A stretch of 64,000 nt of DNA from Bacteroidia bacterium (GTDB lineage Bacteria; Bacteroidota; Bacteroidia; NS11-12g; UBA955). The stretch spans positions 3,586 to 67,585 of the forward strand of contig JBDNFC010000081.1 of NCBI GenBank assembly GCA_041690035.1. Reading direction: 5' to 3'. Both the position numbers and the translations under genes were made by a program. Positions within the stretch are counted from its first letter, which is position 1, and each line of letters opens with the position of its first letter. The notes below the pieces were generated by a model. It did no database searches. It was given only the letters and a program-made list of their open reading frames with translations, and was not told where the DNA came from. Of this stretch, positions 8,864 to 18,253 are shown piece after piece.

Positions 8864-9265
8864 ATGAAAATTTCTAAAAATAATTTTTACGCCCTCTTGG
8901 CTTCAATACTTCTTTTCTCCTTTTGCAATAACGATAATGGGGATGGGGATGCAGCACAGGCAGAAAAAATATCAGCTAGTGCACTTATGCAAAAATTTGA
9001 AACCAATTTAGATAAAGCACAAAAAAAATATTTGGGAAAAGCAGTGCAAATAGATGGCGAAATTTTAGAAATTAGTAATAACAGCTTAGGAAATATTGTG
9101 TTTGGCATAAAAACTAAAAATAAAAGTGGTGCACAAATATTATGCAATATGCTTGCCGATGATATGAAATATGAGCCAGGTGATAAGGTGGTAATCAAAG
9201 GTTTTTGCCAAGATTATAAATTTAACCTTTTGTTAGATAAGTGTATAACAGTATCAGAAGATTAA
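8864..9265 (+). CDS. hypothetical lipoprotein, OB-fold-like (tRNA_anti-like family guess)
   Basis: Signal peptide with lipobox LLFSFC. Small beta-rich C-terminal region GDKVVIKGFC. Confidence 0.45.
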   Translation: MKISKNNFYALLASILLFSFCNNDNGDGDAAQAEKISASALMQKFETNLDKAQKKYLGKAVQIDGEILEISNNSLGNIVFGIKTKNKSGAQILCNMLADDMKYEPGDKVVIKGFCQDYKFNLLLDKCITVSED

Positions 9266-9294
9266 AATAACCATATAAATAAAATAACAACGAT

Positions 9295-9510
9295 ATGAAA
9301 ACAATAATTATAGCCATCATTTTTCTTTTAATCGCAGTAGCGCTTATCAGTGTTCGCTTATTTTTTGTAAAAGATGGAGAAATTAGAGGGGGATGTGCCG
9401 GCAAAAACCCGCTCCTTCAGAAAGAAGGGGTTACTTGCGGTATTTGTGGCAAGGTGCCTGTAGCTGGTGAGTGTGGTGATGAAAATAAAGCACCCAATAA
9501 TAACAAATAA
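9295..9510 (+). CDS. Cys-rich single-TM small protein, NqrM-like (Na+-NQR maturation factor, DUF539) candidate
   Basis: 71 aa: N-terminal TM helix then RGGCAGKN...TCGICGK...GEC (four Cys), matching the architecture of NqrM. Neighbour of the ApbE flavin transferase. Confidence 0.4.
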   Translation: MKTIIIAIIFLLIAVALISVRLFFVKDGEIRGGCAGKNPLLQKEGVTCGICGKVPVAGECGDENKAPNNNK

Positions 9511-9553
9511 TTAACCCCAACTTTAGCGGTGTTTAAATCCACAATATATCAGT

Positions 9554-10519
9554 TTAGATATGGGGTATAAAACATTTGTTAACCCCACCAGAAGTTTCGT
9601 ATATTAAATAAGCCATTAAATTTTCTTTTTTTAGAAATAGTAAAACTTCTGTTAGATTCATAGTCATACAAATAGTTGCATATCCATCGGCTAAGGCAGC
9701 AGATTTTGCAAAAACTGTAGCAGAAATTATGTTTGTTTGTTTTGGGTAGCCTGTTTTTGTATCAATGGTATGTCCATATTTGATTCCTTTATGGCTAAAA
9801 TAATTCCGATAATTTCCGCTTGTTGCCATTGATATATTAGATATACTAAAAATAGTATCTCCTTGATCTACTTTTAATGGATCTGTAATACCAATGTTCC
9901 ATGGTTTATTAAACTTATTATTACCGCTTAATACAAGCTCTCCACCATTATTTATATAAAAATTATTAATTCCTTTTTCTTTTAAAAACAAAGCTATAAT
10001 ATCTGCTGCATAACCAGGGGCAACAGCATTAAAATCTATTTTTCCTTGCGTTGGCTTTGATTTTATTTCTCTATTTGTCCAGCTCCATTTAGTTAGCCCA
10101 ACATTTACCAACATACTATCAATCATATTGGTATCAGCCCATAATCCTTGCTTATTCATAAAGCCCCAATGCTTAACTAAGGGGAAAATTGTGGGGTCAA
10201 AATTTCCATTGCTTACTTTAAATAAATATTGACTTAACTCTAATAATGCTAAAAGATGCTTATCAATATACAACGAATTATTAAGATTGATACCAGCAAT
10301 AATTGAGTTAGAATCATAATTAGAAAATGACAAACTCAATTCCTGAAACAACGAGTCTATGCTTTTTATCAAATTATCATCATTTTTATTTTCATAAATC
10401 ACTTCACACGTGGTGCCCCAAGCAGGCAGTATTATTCGTGTATAATTTGGTTTTTTATTACAAGCCGAAGAGGCTGCAATCAGCGCCAAGGAGCAAGTTA
10501 TGATTAAAGTATTTTTCAT
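9554..10519 (-). CDS. apbE: FAD:protein FMN transferase (ApbE family lipoprotein)
   Basis: ApbE motifs KPWNIGITDP, TSGNYRNYFSHKGIKYGHTIDTKTGYP. Lipoprotein signal MKNTLIITCSLALIAASSAC. Start ATG at 10519 overlaps the upstream stop as ATGA. Confidence 0.8.
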   Translation of the reverse strand: MKNTLIITCSLALIAASSACNKKPNYTRIILPAWGTTCEVIYENKNDDNLIKSIDSLFQELSLSFSNYDSNSIIAGINLNNSLYIDKHLLALLELSQYLFKVSNGNFDPTIFPLVKHWGFMNKQGLWADTNMIDSMLVNVGLTKWSWTNREIKSKPTQGKIDFNAVAPGYAADIIALFLKEKGINNFYINNGGELVLSGNNKFNKPWNIGITDPLKVDQGDTIFSISNISMATSGNYRNYFSHKGIKYGHTIDTKTGYPKQTNIISATVFAKSAALADGYATICMTMNLTEVLLFLKKENLMAYLIYETSGGVNKCFIPHI

Positions 10520-11733
10520 AAAGTTGAAATATGAGTAGCTGCAATAAAAGCGGTAGTCCAAGCTGATTGAAAATTATAGCCTCCAGTAACAGCGTCAATG
10601 TCTAGTACCTCACCACAAAAGTAAAGGTTTTTATACTTTTTAGACTCCATAGTTTGATAATTTATTTCAGTCAAATCTATACCACCGCAGGTCACAAATT
10701 CCTCTTTAAAAGTTGTTTTACCATTTGCAACAAAAATTTGATTTTTTATACCCTCTATCAATTTATTCAAATTGGCGTTACTAATTTCACACAACATTTG
10801 TTCAGCATCTAATCCAGTATTCAAAATTAGATAAAGCCATAATCGCTGTGGAATCTCTATAAAACCGCAATTTTTTAATCGTTTACTCCCTGTTTTAGAC
10901 TCCTTTAAATAGATAAATAGCTGCTCATAAGTATAAGTTGGCAACCAATCTATGCTAAAGTTAAAGCAATAATTTTTTGCATAAAGTTGCTTTGCATAAA
11001 GCGCAGATAATACAATAATTGCAGGCCCACTAAATCCCCAATGGGTGATTAATACAGGTCCTGAATTTCCTTTTTTTTCACCCTCTATTTTTATAACAAC
11101 AGTTTTTACAGATAATCCCATCAGCTCATTGATGCTTTGTTTGGGAATATTAAAAGTAAATAGTGAGGGACAAGTAGGTATAATATTAAGTTCTAAGTTT
11201 TTAAGATAATCAAATTGCTCCATTTTTGGATGTCCGCCAGAAGCGATAATTAAATGCTTTGCTTTTAGGACTTCACCCTGCTCCAATTGCACTAAATAAG
11301 TATTTTCAAACTGCCTGATATCAATAACTTTTGAGTTTATTTGCAGCAAAATATTATAGTGATTCGCAAGATTTTCGAAAAGCGTTATGATTGTTGCCGA
11401 TGTATTTGAAGCAGGAAACATCCTGTTATCTGCCTCAGTATTTAAAGCTACATGGTGCTTTTTAAACCAATCAATCATGCTAGGAACCCAAAAATCAAAA
11501 AAAGCTTTTTTAAGAAATTTTTCTCCTCTTGGATATGCTTTTGCCAATTGTGCTATTGAAACAGAAAAATGAGTAACATTGCACCTCCCACCGCCAGAAA
11601 CAGAAACTTTAGTAAGTGTTTTACCAGTTTTTTCTAATATAAGTATACTTTTATTTTGAGATAACTCAGCTATCTGTATGGCTGCAAAATATCCCGAAGC
11701 CCCAGCACCTACTATAATTACATCATATTCCAC
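10516..11733 (-). CDS. HI0933-like / BaiN-family NAD(P)/FAD-dependent flavoprotein (aminoacetone oxidase family)
   Basis: Rossmann DVIIVGAGASGYFAA and the family-specific GGGRCNVTH motif. 405 aa. Confidence 0.75.
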   Translation of the reverse strand: MEYDVIIVGAGASGYFAAIQIAELSQNKSILILEKTGKTLTKVSVSGGGRCNVTHFSVSIAQLAKAYPRGEKFLKKAFFDFWVPSMIDWFKKHHVALNTEADNRMFPASNTSATIITLFENLANHYNILLQINSKVIDIRQFENTYLVQLEQGEVLKAKHLIIASGGHPKMEQFDYLKNLELNIIPTCPSLFTFNIPKQSINELMGLSVKTVVIKIEGEKKGNSGPVLITHWGFSGPAIIVLSALYAKQLYAKNYCFNFSIDWLPTYTYEQLFIYLKESKTGSKRLKNCGFIEIPQRLWLYLILNTGLDAEQMLCEISNANLNKLIEGIKNQIFVANGKTTFKEEFVTCGGIDLTEINYQTMESKKYKNLYFCGEVLDIDAVTGGYNFQSAWTTAFIAATHISTL

Positions 11734-11749
11734 AAGATGCTATAGCTTT

Positions 11750-13159
11750 TTATTCTTGAGCATTCTTATGCTCATTAATTTTTTGATAAAAAGATTCTAC
11801 TCCTATGGTTTCTTCAGAAATACTAACCACTTCTTTCAATTTATTAATCATCATTTTTTTTAATGCAATATCCATCATATTCTGAATATAATTTGGGTCT
11901 TTTAACTGTTTGTCACTATAATCTTTTAACATGGTGAAATCAGGATTTGAAATGCCATATTGTCTAAACATTTGCGCTGTATAACCCAATGAAGTTTGCT
12001 CTAAATCTTCTTTTTTTACCTCAAAACTATTAAGCTTCGTTAATTTTTCTTGAACCAAAACATAGGTCAATCCCTTTGCTTCTTTTGCATACCGTTCATC
12101 AATATTTTCTTGATTGTATTCCTCAGGTTTAGATTCTAATAACCACCGTTTTAAAAAATCATCTGGAAGATTAAAATTGTGATTATCATTAATAAGGTCA
12201 TTAATTGAGCGTTCTAATAAATTTTCAGACTCTGATTTAAAATACAATTCCAAATTTTCTTTTATTTTTTCCCTAAATTCACTTTCATTCGCTGCTGCAT
12301 TTGGTCCTAAAATGGTATCAAAAAATGATTGATCTAAAACAGAGACTTCATTTCTTTTAATTTCTGAAATTTTAAGAGAAAAATCCGCATTCAAATCATT
12401 TGCTTCGTCTTTTGAAATGCCTAAAGTATTGCTTATAACAGCTATATTTTCATTAAATAATTGATAAATGTTTACTTTTATCTCATCTCCTACTTTGCAT
12501 CCAATTACTAAATCTTTTGTTTTTTGATCTTTTATCATTTCAGAAACAAAAGAAATTGGCTTATCTAATTGCCCACCTTCAAAATAAATGCTATTATCAT
12601 CTAATTCTGTTGCTGTGGCATAAATAATATCATTATCATCTGCATTTTCAACATCTATCAACTTTCCGTTGCGTTTTTGCAAATTTGCAATTTCTTTTTC
12701 TACTTCAGCTTCATCTACATTGATAACATATCTGGTTACCACATCTTTATTGTTAATATTTAACTCAAAATCTGGTGTCATTGCAATATCAAAAGCATAC
12801 AAAAAATCAGCACCCTCTTTTTCAAAATCTAATTCTGACAAAACCTCGCTGCTAGCAAGAGGCTGCGCCAAAATATCAATATTCTCGCTTTTCAGATACT
12901 CAAAAAGACTGCTAGAAGCAAGCTGATTAACCTCTTCCACCAAAACTGATTTGCCATAATTGCGCTTTAACATTCCCATTGGCGCATGTCCAACTCTAAA
13001 ACCTTTAATATTGGCAGTTTTTTGAATTTTCTTTAATTGGGTTTCAACTTTTGGATTATAATCTTCTGGTTGAAGTTTCACTAGCACGGTTGCGTTTAAA
13101 TCTGATTGTTTTTGCAGCTCTATATTCACTTTATTTTCTTTGGTTTTTAAGGGCTGCAA
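11750..13159 (-). CDS. tig: trigger factor
   Basis: N-terminal ribosome-binding signature GFRVGHAPM, FKBP-like middle domain, length 469 aa. Confidence 0.8.
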   Translation of the reverse strand: MQPLKTKENKVNIELQKQSDLNATVLVKLQPEDYNPKVETQLKKIQKTANIKGFRVGHAPMGMLKRNYGKSVLVEEVNQLASSSLFEYLKSENIDILAQPLASSEVLSELDFEKEGADFLYAFDIAMTPDFELNINNKDVVTRYVINVDEAEVEKEIANLQKRNGKLIDVENADDNDIIYATATELDDNSIYFEGGQLDKPISFVSEMIKDQKTKDLVIGCKVGDEIKVNIYQLFNENIAVISNTLGISKDEANDLNADFSLKISEIKRNEVSVLDQSFFDTILGPNAAANESEFREKIKENLELYFKSESENLLERSINDLINDNHNFNLPDDFLKRWLLESKPEEYNQENIDERYAKEAKGLTYVLVQEKLTKLNSFEVKKEDLEQTSLGYTAQMFRQYGISNPDFTMLKDYSDKQLKDPNYIQNMMDIALKKMMINKLKEVVSISEETIGVESFYQKINEHKNAQE

Positions 13160-13300
13160 AGGTAATAAAATTTATCTTTTTTATACTACAATTTATGCAA
13201 AAAATGATTCGTTATTTAATAAACCATTGCACATAAAACAACTTAGGTGAAATACTAAATTTTGGTTAAAAGTTGTGCATTGTTATTTTATGCAGTTTAT

Positions 13301-13308
13301 TATCTTTG
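13301..13308 (+). promoter_or_regulatory. Bacteroidetes sigma-A -7 element TAnnTTTG (TATCTTTG)
   Basis: Motif 16 nt upstream of the ATG at 13324. Confidence 0.3.
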
Positions 13309-13323
13309 TTATTTAATAAAAAC

Positions 13324-14727
13324 ATGGTTAAGTATCAGTCTTTTGGGGCAGCAAAACAAGTAACAGGAAGTATGCATCTCTTAGAGTTTGATGCCAATTA
13401 TAAAGTATTATTAGATTGTGGGCTAGATTATGAACGAAATGAATTTGGTGAAAGTAAAAGCAACCTCACTTTTCCGTTTAACCCAGCAGAAATTGATGTT
13501 TTAATCCTATCCCATGCACATATAGACCACAGTGGCAATATTCCTAATTTAGTTAGGCAAGGATTTACTGGTAAGATATTTTGTACTAAAGCAACGGCTT
13601 TTTTGCTCAATGACTTATGGAAAGACAGCTTGCAAATTCAATTAAGTGAAAACCGAAAAGAAGGAAACAAAAAAGGTAGGGCAAAATCTGAAATACTTTA
13701 CAACGAAAGGCATATAGCTTTGGCAATAAATCAAATTAATGCCATTAATTATAAAGAAGAAATATTCTTAACACCCGCTATTTCATTTCAATTTGTGCAA
13801 GCTGGCCATATAATTGGTGCAGCATCTATTCGCATTCAAGATATTAAAGGCAATGTTACAATCGGTTTTACGGGTGATTTAGGTAACTACAACACCCAAC
13901 TTGTGGTAAACCCAAATCCAATGCAAGGCTTAGATTATTTAATTAGCGAATCTACTTATGGTGGTAGAGCACATAGTGCAGATTCAGATGCAAAAGCTAT
14001 GTTAATGAATTACATCAATGAAGTTTGTGTTAAAGGCAGAGGCAAATTAGTAATACCTGCATTTTCTATTGGTAGAACCCAAGCAATTATTTATACTTTT
14101 CATCAAATATACCGTGATGGTAATATGCCAGAATGGCTAAAAATATATACAGATAGCCCCCTTGCCATCAAAAGTACCAAGGTTTATGAACACTTTAATA
14201 TGGAGCTAAACCAAAATGCAAAAGATTTTTATTCTAAATATAATGATTTATTTGATTTCCCAAACCTTAAAACAGTTTCTGAACCTGCAGAAAGTGACTA
14301 TATTAGTCAATCCTACGAACCTTGCGTGATTGTATCGGCAGCAGGAATGATGGAAGGAGGAAGGATTCAAAAACACATACGCCACAATGTACAATGGCCA
14401 GATAATGCCATTTTAATTGCGGGTTATTGTGCAGAAGGTACTATGGGTGCAAGACTTCTTTCAGGGCAAAAAAAAATTACCATCAATAAAAAAGAAAAGC
14501 CAGTGCTTGCCAAAATATATAGAACAGATGCCTTTAGCGCCCATGCTGATGTAAATGGATTATTAGACTATTATGAAGGCACTAAAATTTCTGCAATCAA
14601 AAAGCTTTTTTTAGTCCATGGTGATGAAGAAAGCATGAAAGCACTTTCTGAGAAAGTGGTAGAAAAATTTAAGGGAGTAGAAGTAATACTGCCAAACAGA
14701 GGCGAAATATTTTTATTAAATCAATAA
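13324..14727 (+). CDS. MBL-fold metallo-hydrolase with beta-CASP/RNA-metabolising domain (RNase J / CPSF-like)
   Basis: HAHIDHSG metallo-beta-lactamase motif, beta-CASP region, C-terminal RMMBL-like domain. ATG at 13324 preferred over the longer ORF-track start. Confidence 0.75.
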   Translation: MVKYQSFGAAKQVTGSMHLLEFDANYKVLLDCGLDYERNEFGESKSNLTFPFNPAEIDVLILSHAHIDHSGNIPNLVRQGFTGKIFCTKATAFLLNDLWKDSLQIQLSENRKEGNKKGRAKSEILYNERHIALAINQINAINYKEEIFLTPAISFQFVQAGHIIGAASIRIQDIKGNVTIGFTGDLGNYNTQLVVNPNPMQGLDYLISESTYGGRAHSADSDAKAMLMNYINEVCVKGRGKLVIPAFSIGRTQAIIYTFHQIYRDGNMPEWLKIYTDSPLAIKSTKVYEHFNMELNQNAKDFYSKYNDLFDFPNLKTVSEPAESDYISQSYEPCVIVSAAGMMEGGRIQKHIRHNVQWPDNAILIAGYCAEGTMGARLLSGQKKITINKKEKPVLAKIYRTDAFSAHADVNGLLDYYEGTKISAIKKLFLVHGDEESMKALSEKVVEKFKGVEVILPNRGEIFLLNQ

Positions 14728-14755
14728 TTTAAGTTTTTTAATTGGCAAAAGAAAT

Positions 14756-14770
14756 TATCTTTGCAGCCCT
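14756..14770 (+). promoter_or_regulatory. tRNA promoter -7 element within the shared 14-mer ATCTTTGCAGCCCT
   Basis: TATCTTTG -7 box followed by GCAGCCCT. An identical 14-mer occurs upstream of rpmB (41501-41514). Confidence 0.3.
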
Positions 14771-14814
14771 TTTAGCCTAAAAGGGGTACTGCTGCTGAGC
14801 AATTAGCAGTAAAT

Positions 14815-14888
14815 GGCGAGGTAGCTCAGCTGGCTAGAGCGTGCGACTCATAATCGCAAGGTCGGGAGTTCGAGTCTCCCTCTCGCTA
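14815..14888 (+). tRNA. tRNA with CAU anticodon (elongator tRNA-Met or lysidine tRNA-Ile2)
   Basis: Cloverleaf read by eye: acceptor GGCGAGG/TCTCGCT, D-arm TAGCTCAGCTGGCTAGAGC, anticodon arm GCGA-CTCATAA-TCGC, T-arm GGGAG-TTCGAGT-CTCCC. Anticodon arm is identical to E. coli ileX, which favours Ile2. Not initiator (no GGG/CCC anticodon stem). Confidence 0.85.
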
Positions 14889-14938
14889 CTTTCAAAAGAA
14901 AATTTAAGCAAGTTGATATAATAACCAACTTGCTTTTT

Positions 14939-15658
14939 TTATTTGAGAAAAGCCCTTAATTTTTTAATATTTCGTTGAATAGTAAAATTAAAAAACCTAA
15001 ACCCACCACTTTTTTTATTGTCAATAAGCGATGGCATTTCACCGCTCAAACTTGCCTGACAAGCTACAGCAGGCTGGCACCAAAAACCATTTATAAGTTT
15101 ATTTTTCAAGCAATTGCTCAAAAACCAATCTACTGTGGTTCCTATTTTAACTGTTTCTGCTTCTTTGCTAAGTAATATTGCCGTTTCTCTGCTAATTAAA
15201 TATGCCCCTAGAAACCTAACCTCCGATCTGCGGTATAAAAATGTATTAAATTTGCGCTCACTTCTTGGCACATATCTTGGCAAACTGTCTTCTAAAGATA
15301 TTAAATAATTACAGTAATTATTTTGCTCAATTTCTATTACAATATTTGAAATCATTGTATTAAAATTTTTATAAAATTTAATATCATCTTCTATAATTAG
15401 GTGATGCGTTTGTGCTGATTCACTAATTGCTTGCCAAGCTAATAAATGTTTGTACGCACAACTTACAAATGGACTTTTTTTAGCCATTTTACCTATAAAG
15501 TATTTTTGCAGAACAGTTGCAGATAAGTCTGAAATATTGCCCTTTTCTATAAATTGCCAGTCAAACTGAGAATACTTTTCTATCAAAGTTTCCATGCGTT
15601 CCCTGCGCGCAATTGCCCCTTTTACGTGAATAATAAATGCAGGTATTTTGGTTTTCAA
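14939..15658 (-). CDS. glycosyltransferase family 25 (LPS/LOS core biosynthesis)
   Basis: N-terminus IPAFIIHVKGAIARRERMETLIEKY resembles the GT25 (Lic2A/LpsA-like) family. Size 239 aa. Confidence 0.55.
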   Translation of the reverse strand: MKTKIPAFIIHVKGAIARRERMETLIEKYSQFDWQFIEKGNISDLSATVLQKYFIGKMAKKSPFVSCAYKHLLAWQAISESAQTHHLIIEDDIKFYKNFNTMISNIVIEIEQNNYCNYLISLEDSLPRYVPRSERKFNTFLYRRSEVRFLGAYLISRETAILLSKEAETVKIGTTVDWFLSNCLKNKLINGFWCQPAVACQASLSGEMPSLIDNKKSGGFRFFNFTIQRNIKKLRAFLK

Positions 15659-15739
15659 AACAGTTGCAAAGATACGCTATTGTGCCATAAATCTATCTTA
15701 TTACTGGCATTTTAAATTCTGCTTTTCATTTTTAGATAC

Positions 15740-15952
15740 CTAATAATGAACTAAATACATACCTGGCCCTAAATATTTTGCGTCCACAAACAGCAATTTT
15801 TTATTGTTTAACACAATAAGTCCATTCACTTTTTTGCCAGTGGCATCATACAATACTATTTTTTTTACTGCAGATTTTGAAGCCCTTCCCAATAAAAACC
15901 ATAGCTTGTGAGTTTGGGTAAAGTTTGAAAACTTGTTTATCTTTAATTTCAT
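15740..15952 (-). pseudogene. orphan fragment of a T9SS C-terminal sorting domain (CTD-only ORF)
   Basis: 70-aa ORF whose C-terminal 45 aa (IVLYDATGKKVNGL...LFVDAKYLGPGMYLVHY) match the distal half of the T9SS type-A CTD. No upstream cargo domain and no signal peptide. Confidence 0.5.
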
Positions 15953-16051
15953 TTATTGCAGTGTTGCCATTTTTTTATAATTAATAAAATTTATTGTTAT
16001 TAACCTAATTAAAAAATATGATATTTAATTGAACCCTTGTTTTTATCGAAT

Positions 16052-16064
16052 AAAAAAAAAAAAA
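16052..16064. repeat. A13 homopolymer
   Basis: Seen directly, just upstream of the ABC permease start. Confidence 0.6.
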
Positions 16065-16092
16065 TACAATTTTTAAACGTGTTTTGTGTTAA

Positions 16093-17358
16093 ATGTTAAA
16101 ATACCAACTTGCATATATAAAAATGGCATTTGATGCAATATGGCAGCATAAGCTGCGCTCTTTTCTATCAGTGTTGGGTGTTACTATAGGTATATTTTGC
16201 ATAATCATGGTTTTTACAGCAGTAAATAGTTTAGAAAAACATGTCAAAAGCAGCGTAGAAAGTTTAGGGACTGATGTACTTTTTATCCAAAAATGGCCTT
16301 GGACATTTGGGAGCAATTATCCATGGTGGAATTACGTAAAAAGACCTGTGCCTAGTTATTTAGATTTTCAGTTTTTAAAAACTCAATTAGGCGAAAATCT
16401 TGCAGTAGCAAGTACCTTTTTTGCCCAAGTAAATGGCGGAATAATATCAAATGGCAATGATGTGATAGAAGATGTGCAAAGCCTAGGCATAACCCATCAG
16501 TATCAATTGGTTCAAGAAATTAACATAACCGATGGCAGATATTTTACTGATTATGAGAGTGATATTGGCATTAATGTGGCGATAATTGGCGATAATTTGC
16601 GATCAAAACTATCTTTAAATAATAACGACCTTGGCAAAGAAATTAACATCAATAAAAGACCCGTAAAAATTATAGGATACTTAAAAAAACAAGGTGAAAA
16701 TTTACTAGGCAAGAACAATGATAATTTAATTTTTATGCCTTTTAATTATCTAAACAAGTTTAATAATCTTTCAGATGAAAGCGCTAACCCAAGCATTATG
16801 GTAAAGATTAATACCAATATCCCGCTAGATGAAGCTAAGGTAGAATTAATTGGCAATATGCGTACAGTGCGAAAAATAAAATTAAAAAACGAAGATAATT
16901 TTGCGATTAACCAAATATCAATGCTCACAGAAAATTTAGGAGTATTGTTTGCAGGTATAAATATAGCAGGTTTAATGATTGGTATTTTTTCAGTTCTTGT
17001 GGGTGGTTTTGGTGTAGCAAATATTATGTTTGTTTCTGTAAAAGAGCGTACCCATTTAATTGGTATTCAAAAAGCATTGGGAGCAAAAGCAAATTTTATT
17101 AAAATGCAATTTTTATCTGAGGCAGTTTTTCTTTGCCTCTTAGGCGGTATTATTGGCATGCTGTTAGTTTATCTTATTTGCCTCTTAGGCAATTTTGCGC
17201 TTAGTTTTTCGGACAACACTTTTAGATTGTCTATAGATTTTAGTACAGTCTTTTTCGGGTTAATATTTTCTATTTCTATTGGTATATTAGCAGGATATTT
17301 TCCTGCAAACAGTGGCGCAAAAATGCAACCAGTAGATGCGATGCGTTCTGGCAATTAA
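16093..17358 (+). CDS. ABC transporter permease, FtsX/MacB-like
   Basis: N-terminal TM, large periplasmic domain, C-terminal FtsX 3-TM domain (ERTHLIGIQKALGAKANFI...). Alternative start at 16123 (MAFDAIW). Confidence 0.75.
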   Translation: MLKYQLAYIKMAFDAIWQHKLRSFLSVLGVTIGIFCIIMVFTAVNSLEKHVKSSVESLGTDVLFIQKWPWTFGSNYPWWNYVKRPVPSYLDFQFLKTQLGENLAVASTFFAQVNGGIISNGNDVIEDVQSLGITHQYQLVQEINITDGRYFTDYESDIGINVAIIGDNLRSKLSLNNNDLGKEININKRPVKIIGYLKKQGENLLGKNNDNLIFMPFNYLNKFNNLSDESANPSIMVKINTNIPLDEAKVELIGNMRTVRKIKLKNEDNFAINQISMLTENLGVLFAGINIAGLMIGIFSVLVGGFGVANIMFVSVKERTHLIGIQKALGAKANFIKMQFLSEAVFLCLLGGIIGMLLVYLICLLGNFALSFSDNTFRLSIDFSTVFFGLIFSISIGILAGYFPANSGAKMQPVDAMRSGN

Positions 17359-17430
17359 AAAAAGCTCATAATATTTTGCTTTAATCCAAAATCTGCATTA
17401 TAGTTCGTTACAGAATTTAAGTTTAAAACA

Positions 17431-17462
17431 AAAAAGCCAAGCAATTCTTGCTTGGCTTTTCC
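17431..17462. terminator. bidirectional rho-independent terminator
   Basis: Perfect hairpin AAGCCAAGCAA-ttc-TTGCTTGGCTT flanked by an A-run and T-run, between the convergent ABC permease and rplT. Confidence 0.7.
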
Positions 17463-17480
17463 TAAAATTATAATTCGTTT

Positions 17481-17939
17481 CTATTTGCTGGTTTCTACCT
17501 TTTCTTCAACAGGTACTGATGTTTCAGTGATAGTTTCCGCTTTTGGTGTTTTCACAGTTTTTTCTGATTTCGCTTTTGGTGTTTCCTTCTTAGCACTTGC
17601 AACTTGTTTTACAATTGCAGCAAAAGTTTCTGGTTCATTCATCGCTAAATCAGCCAATACTTTTCTGTTCAAGTCTACATTAGCATGCTTACATTTGCCA
17701 ATAAACTCACTGTAACTCATGCCTACTTCGCGCACTGCCGCATTAATTCTTTGTATCCACAAAGCCCTAAATAAGCGCTTTTTGGTTTTTCTGTCTCTGT
17801 ATGCATATTGCTGACCTTTCTCATAGGTGTTTTTTGCAATAGTGTACACATTCTTTCTTGATCCCCAATAACCTTTGGTTTTCTTTAATAATTTTTTTCT
17901 TCGCGCTCTTGACGCTACTTTGTTTACTGATCTTGGCAT
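17481..17939 (-). CDS. rplT: 50S ribosomal protein L20 with Lys/Glu/Thr-rich C-terminal extension
   Basis: [16 protein letters not shown]...[24 protein letters not shown]...RKVLADLA is canonical L20. An extra roughly 35-aa low-complexity tail ([25 protein letters not shown]...). Confidence 0.9.
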   Translation of the reverse strand: MPRSVNKVASRARRKKLLKKTKGYWGSRKNVYTIAKNTYEKGQQYAYRDRKTKKRLFRALWIQRINAAVREVGMSYSEFIGKCKHANVDLNRKVLADLAMNEPETFAAIVKQVASAKKETPKAKSEKTVKTPKAETITETSVPVEEKVETSK

Positions 17940-18023
17940 TTTTTTATTATTTTAATTTTTGCCCTAGGCGTAATGCATTTTGTCATTATCTTATTGCCTT
18001 TGGCAGGGTTAGTCGTTTGATAT

Positions 18024-18224
18024 TTATTTTCCGATTGTAAGCATAAATTTAACATTAGACAAATCGCGTGTATGAACTAATCCCGATTGTCCTAATCTAC
18101 GCTTTTGCTTTGTTCCTTTTTTTGTAAGGATGTGTCTTTTAAAAGCTTTACTTCTCTTAATTTTTCCAGTTCCAGTCAAGCTAAATCTTTTTTTTGCACT
18201 GGAGTTTGTCTTCATTTTAGGCAT
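18024..18224 (-). CDS. rpmI: 50S ribosomal protein L35
   Basis: [33 protein letters not shown] is canonical L35. Confidence 0.9.
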   Translation of the reverse strand: MPKMKTNSSAKKRFSLTGTGKIKRSKAFKRHILTKKGTKQKRRLGQSGLVHTRDLSNVKFMLTIGK

Positions 18225-18253
18225 AATGTATATTTCTTTATTTATTTTTTCTA

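Noticed and set aside
16093-16122. Choice between ATG 16093 and ATG 16123 for the ABC permease
   Set aside because: Cannot be resolved by eye. Both give a valid N-terminal TM helix. Kept the longer form.
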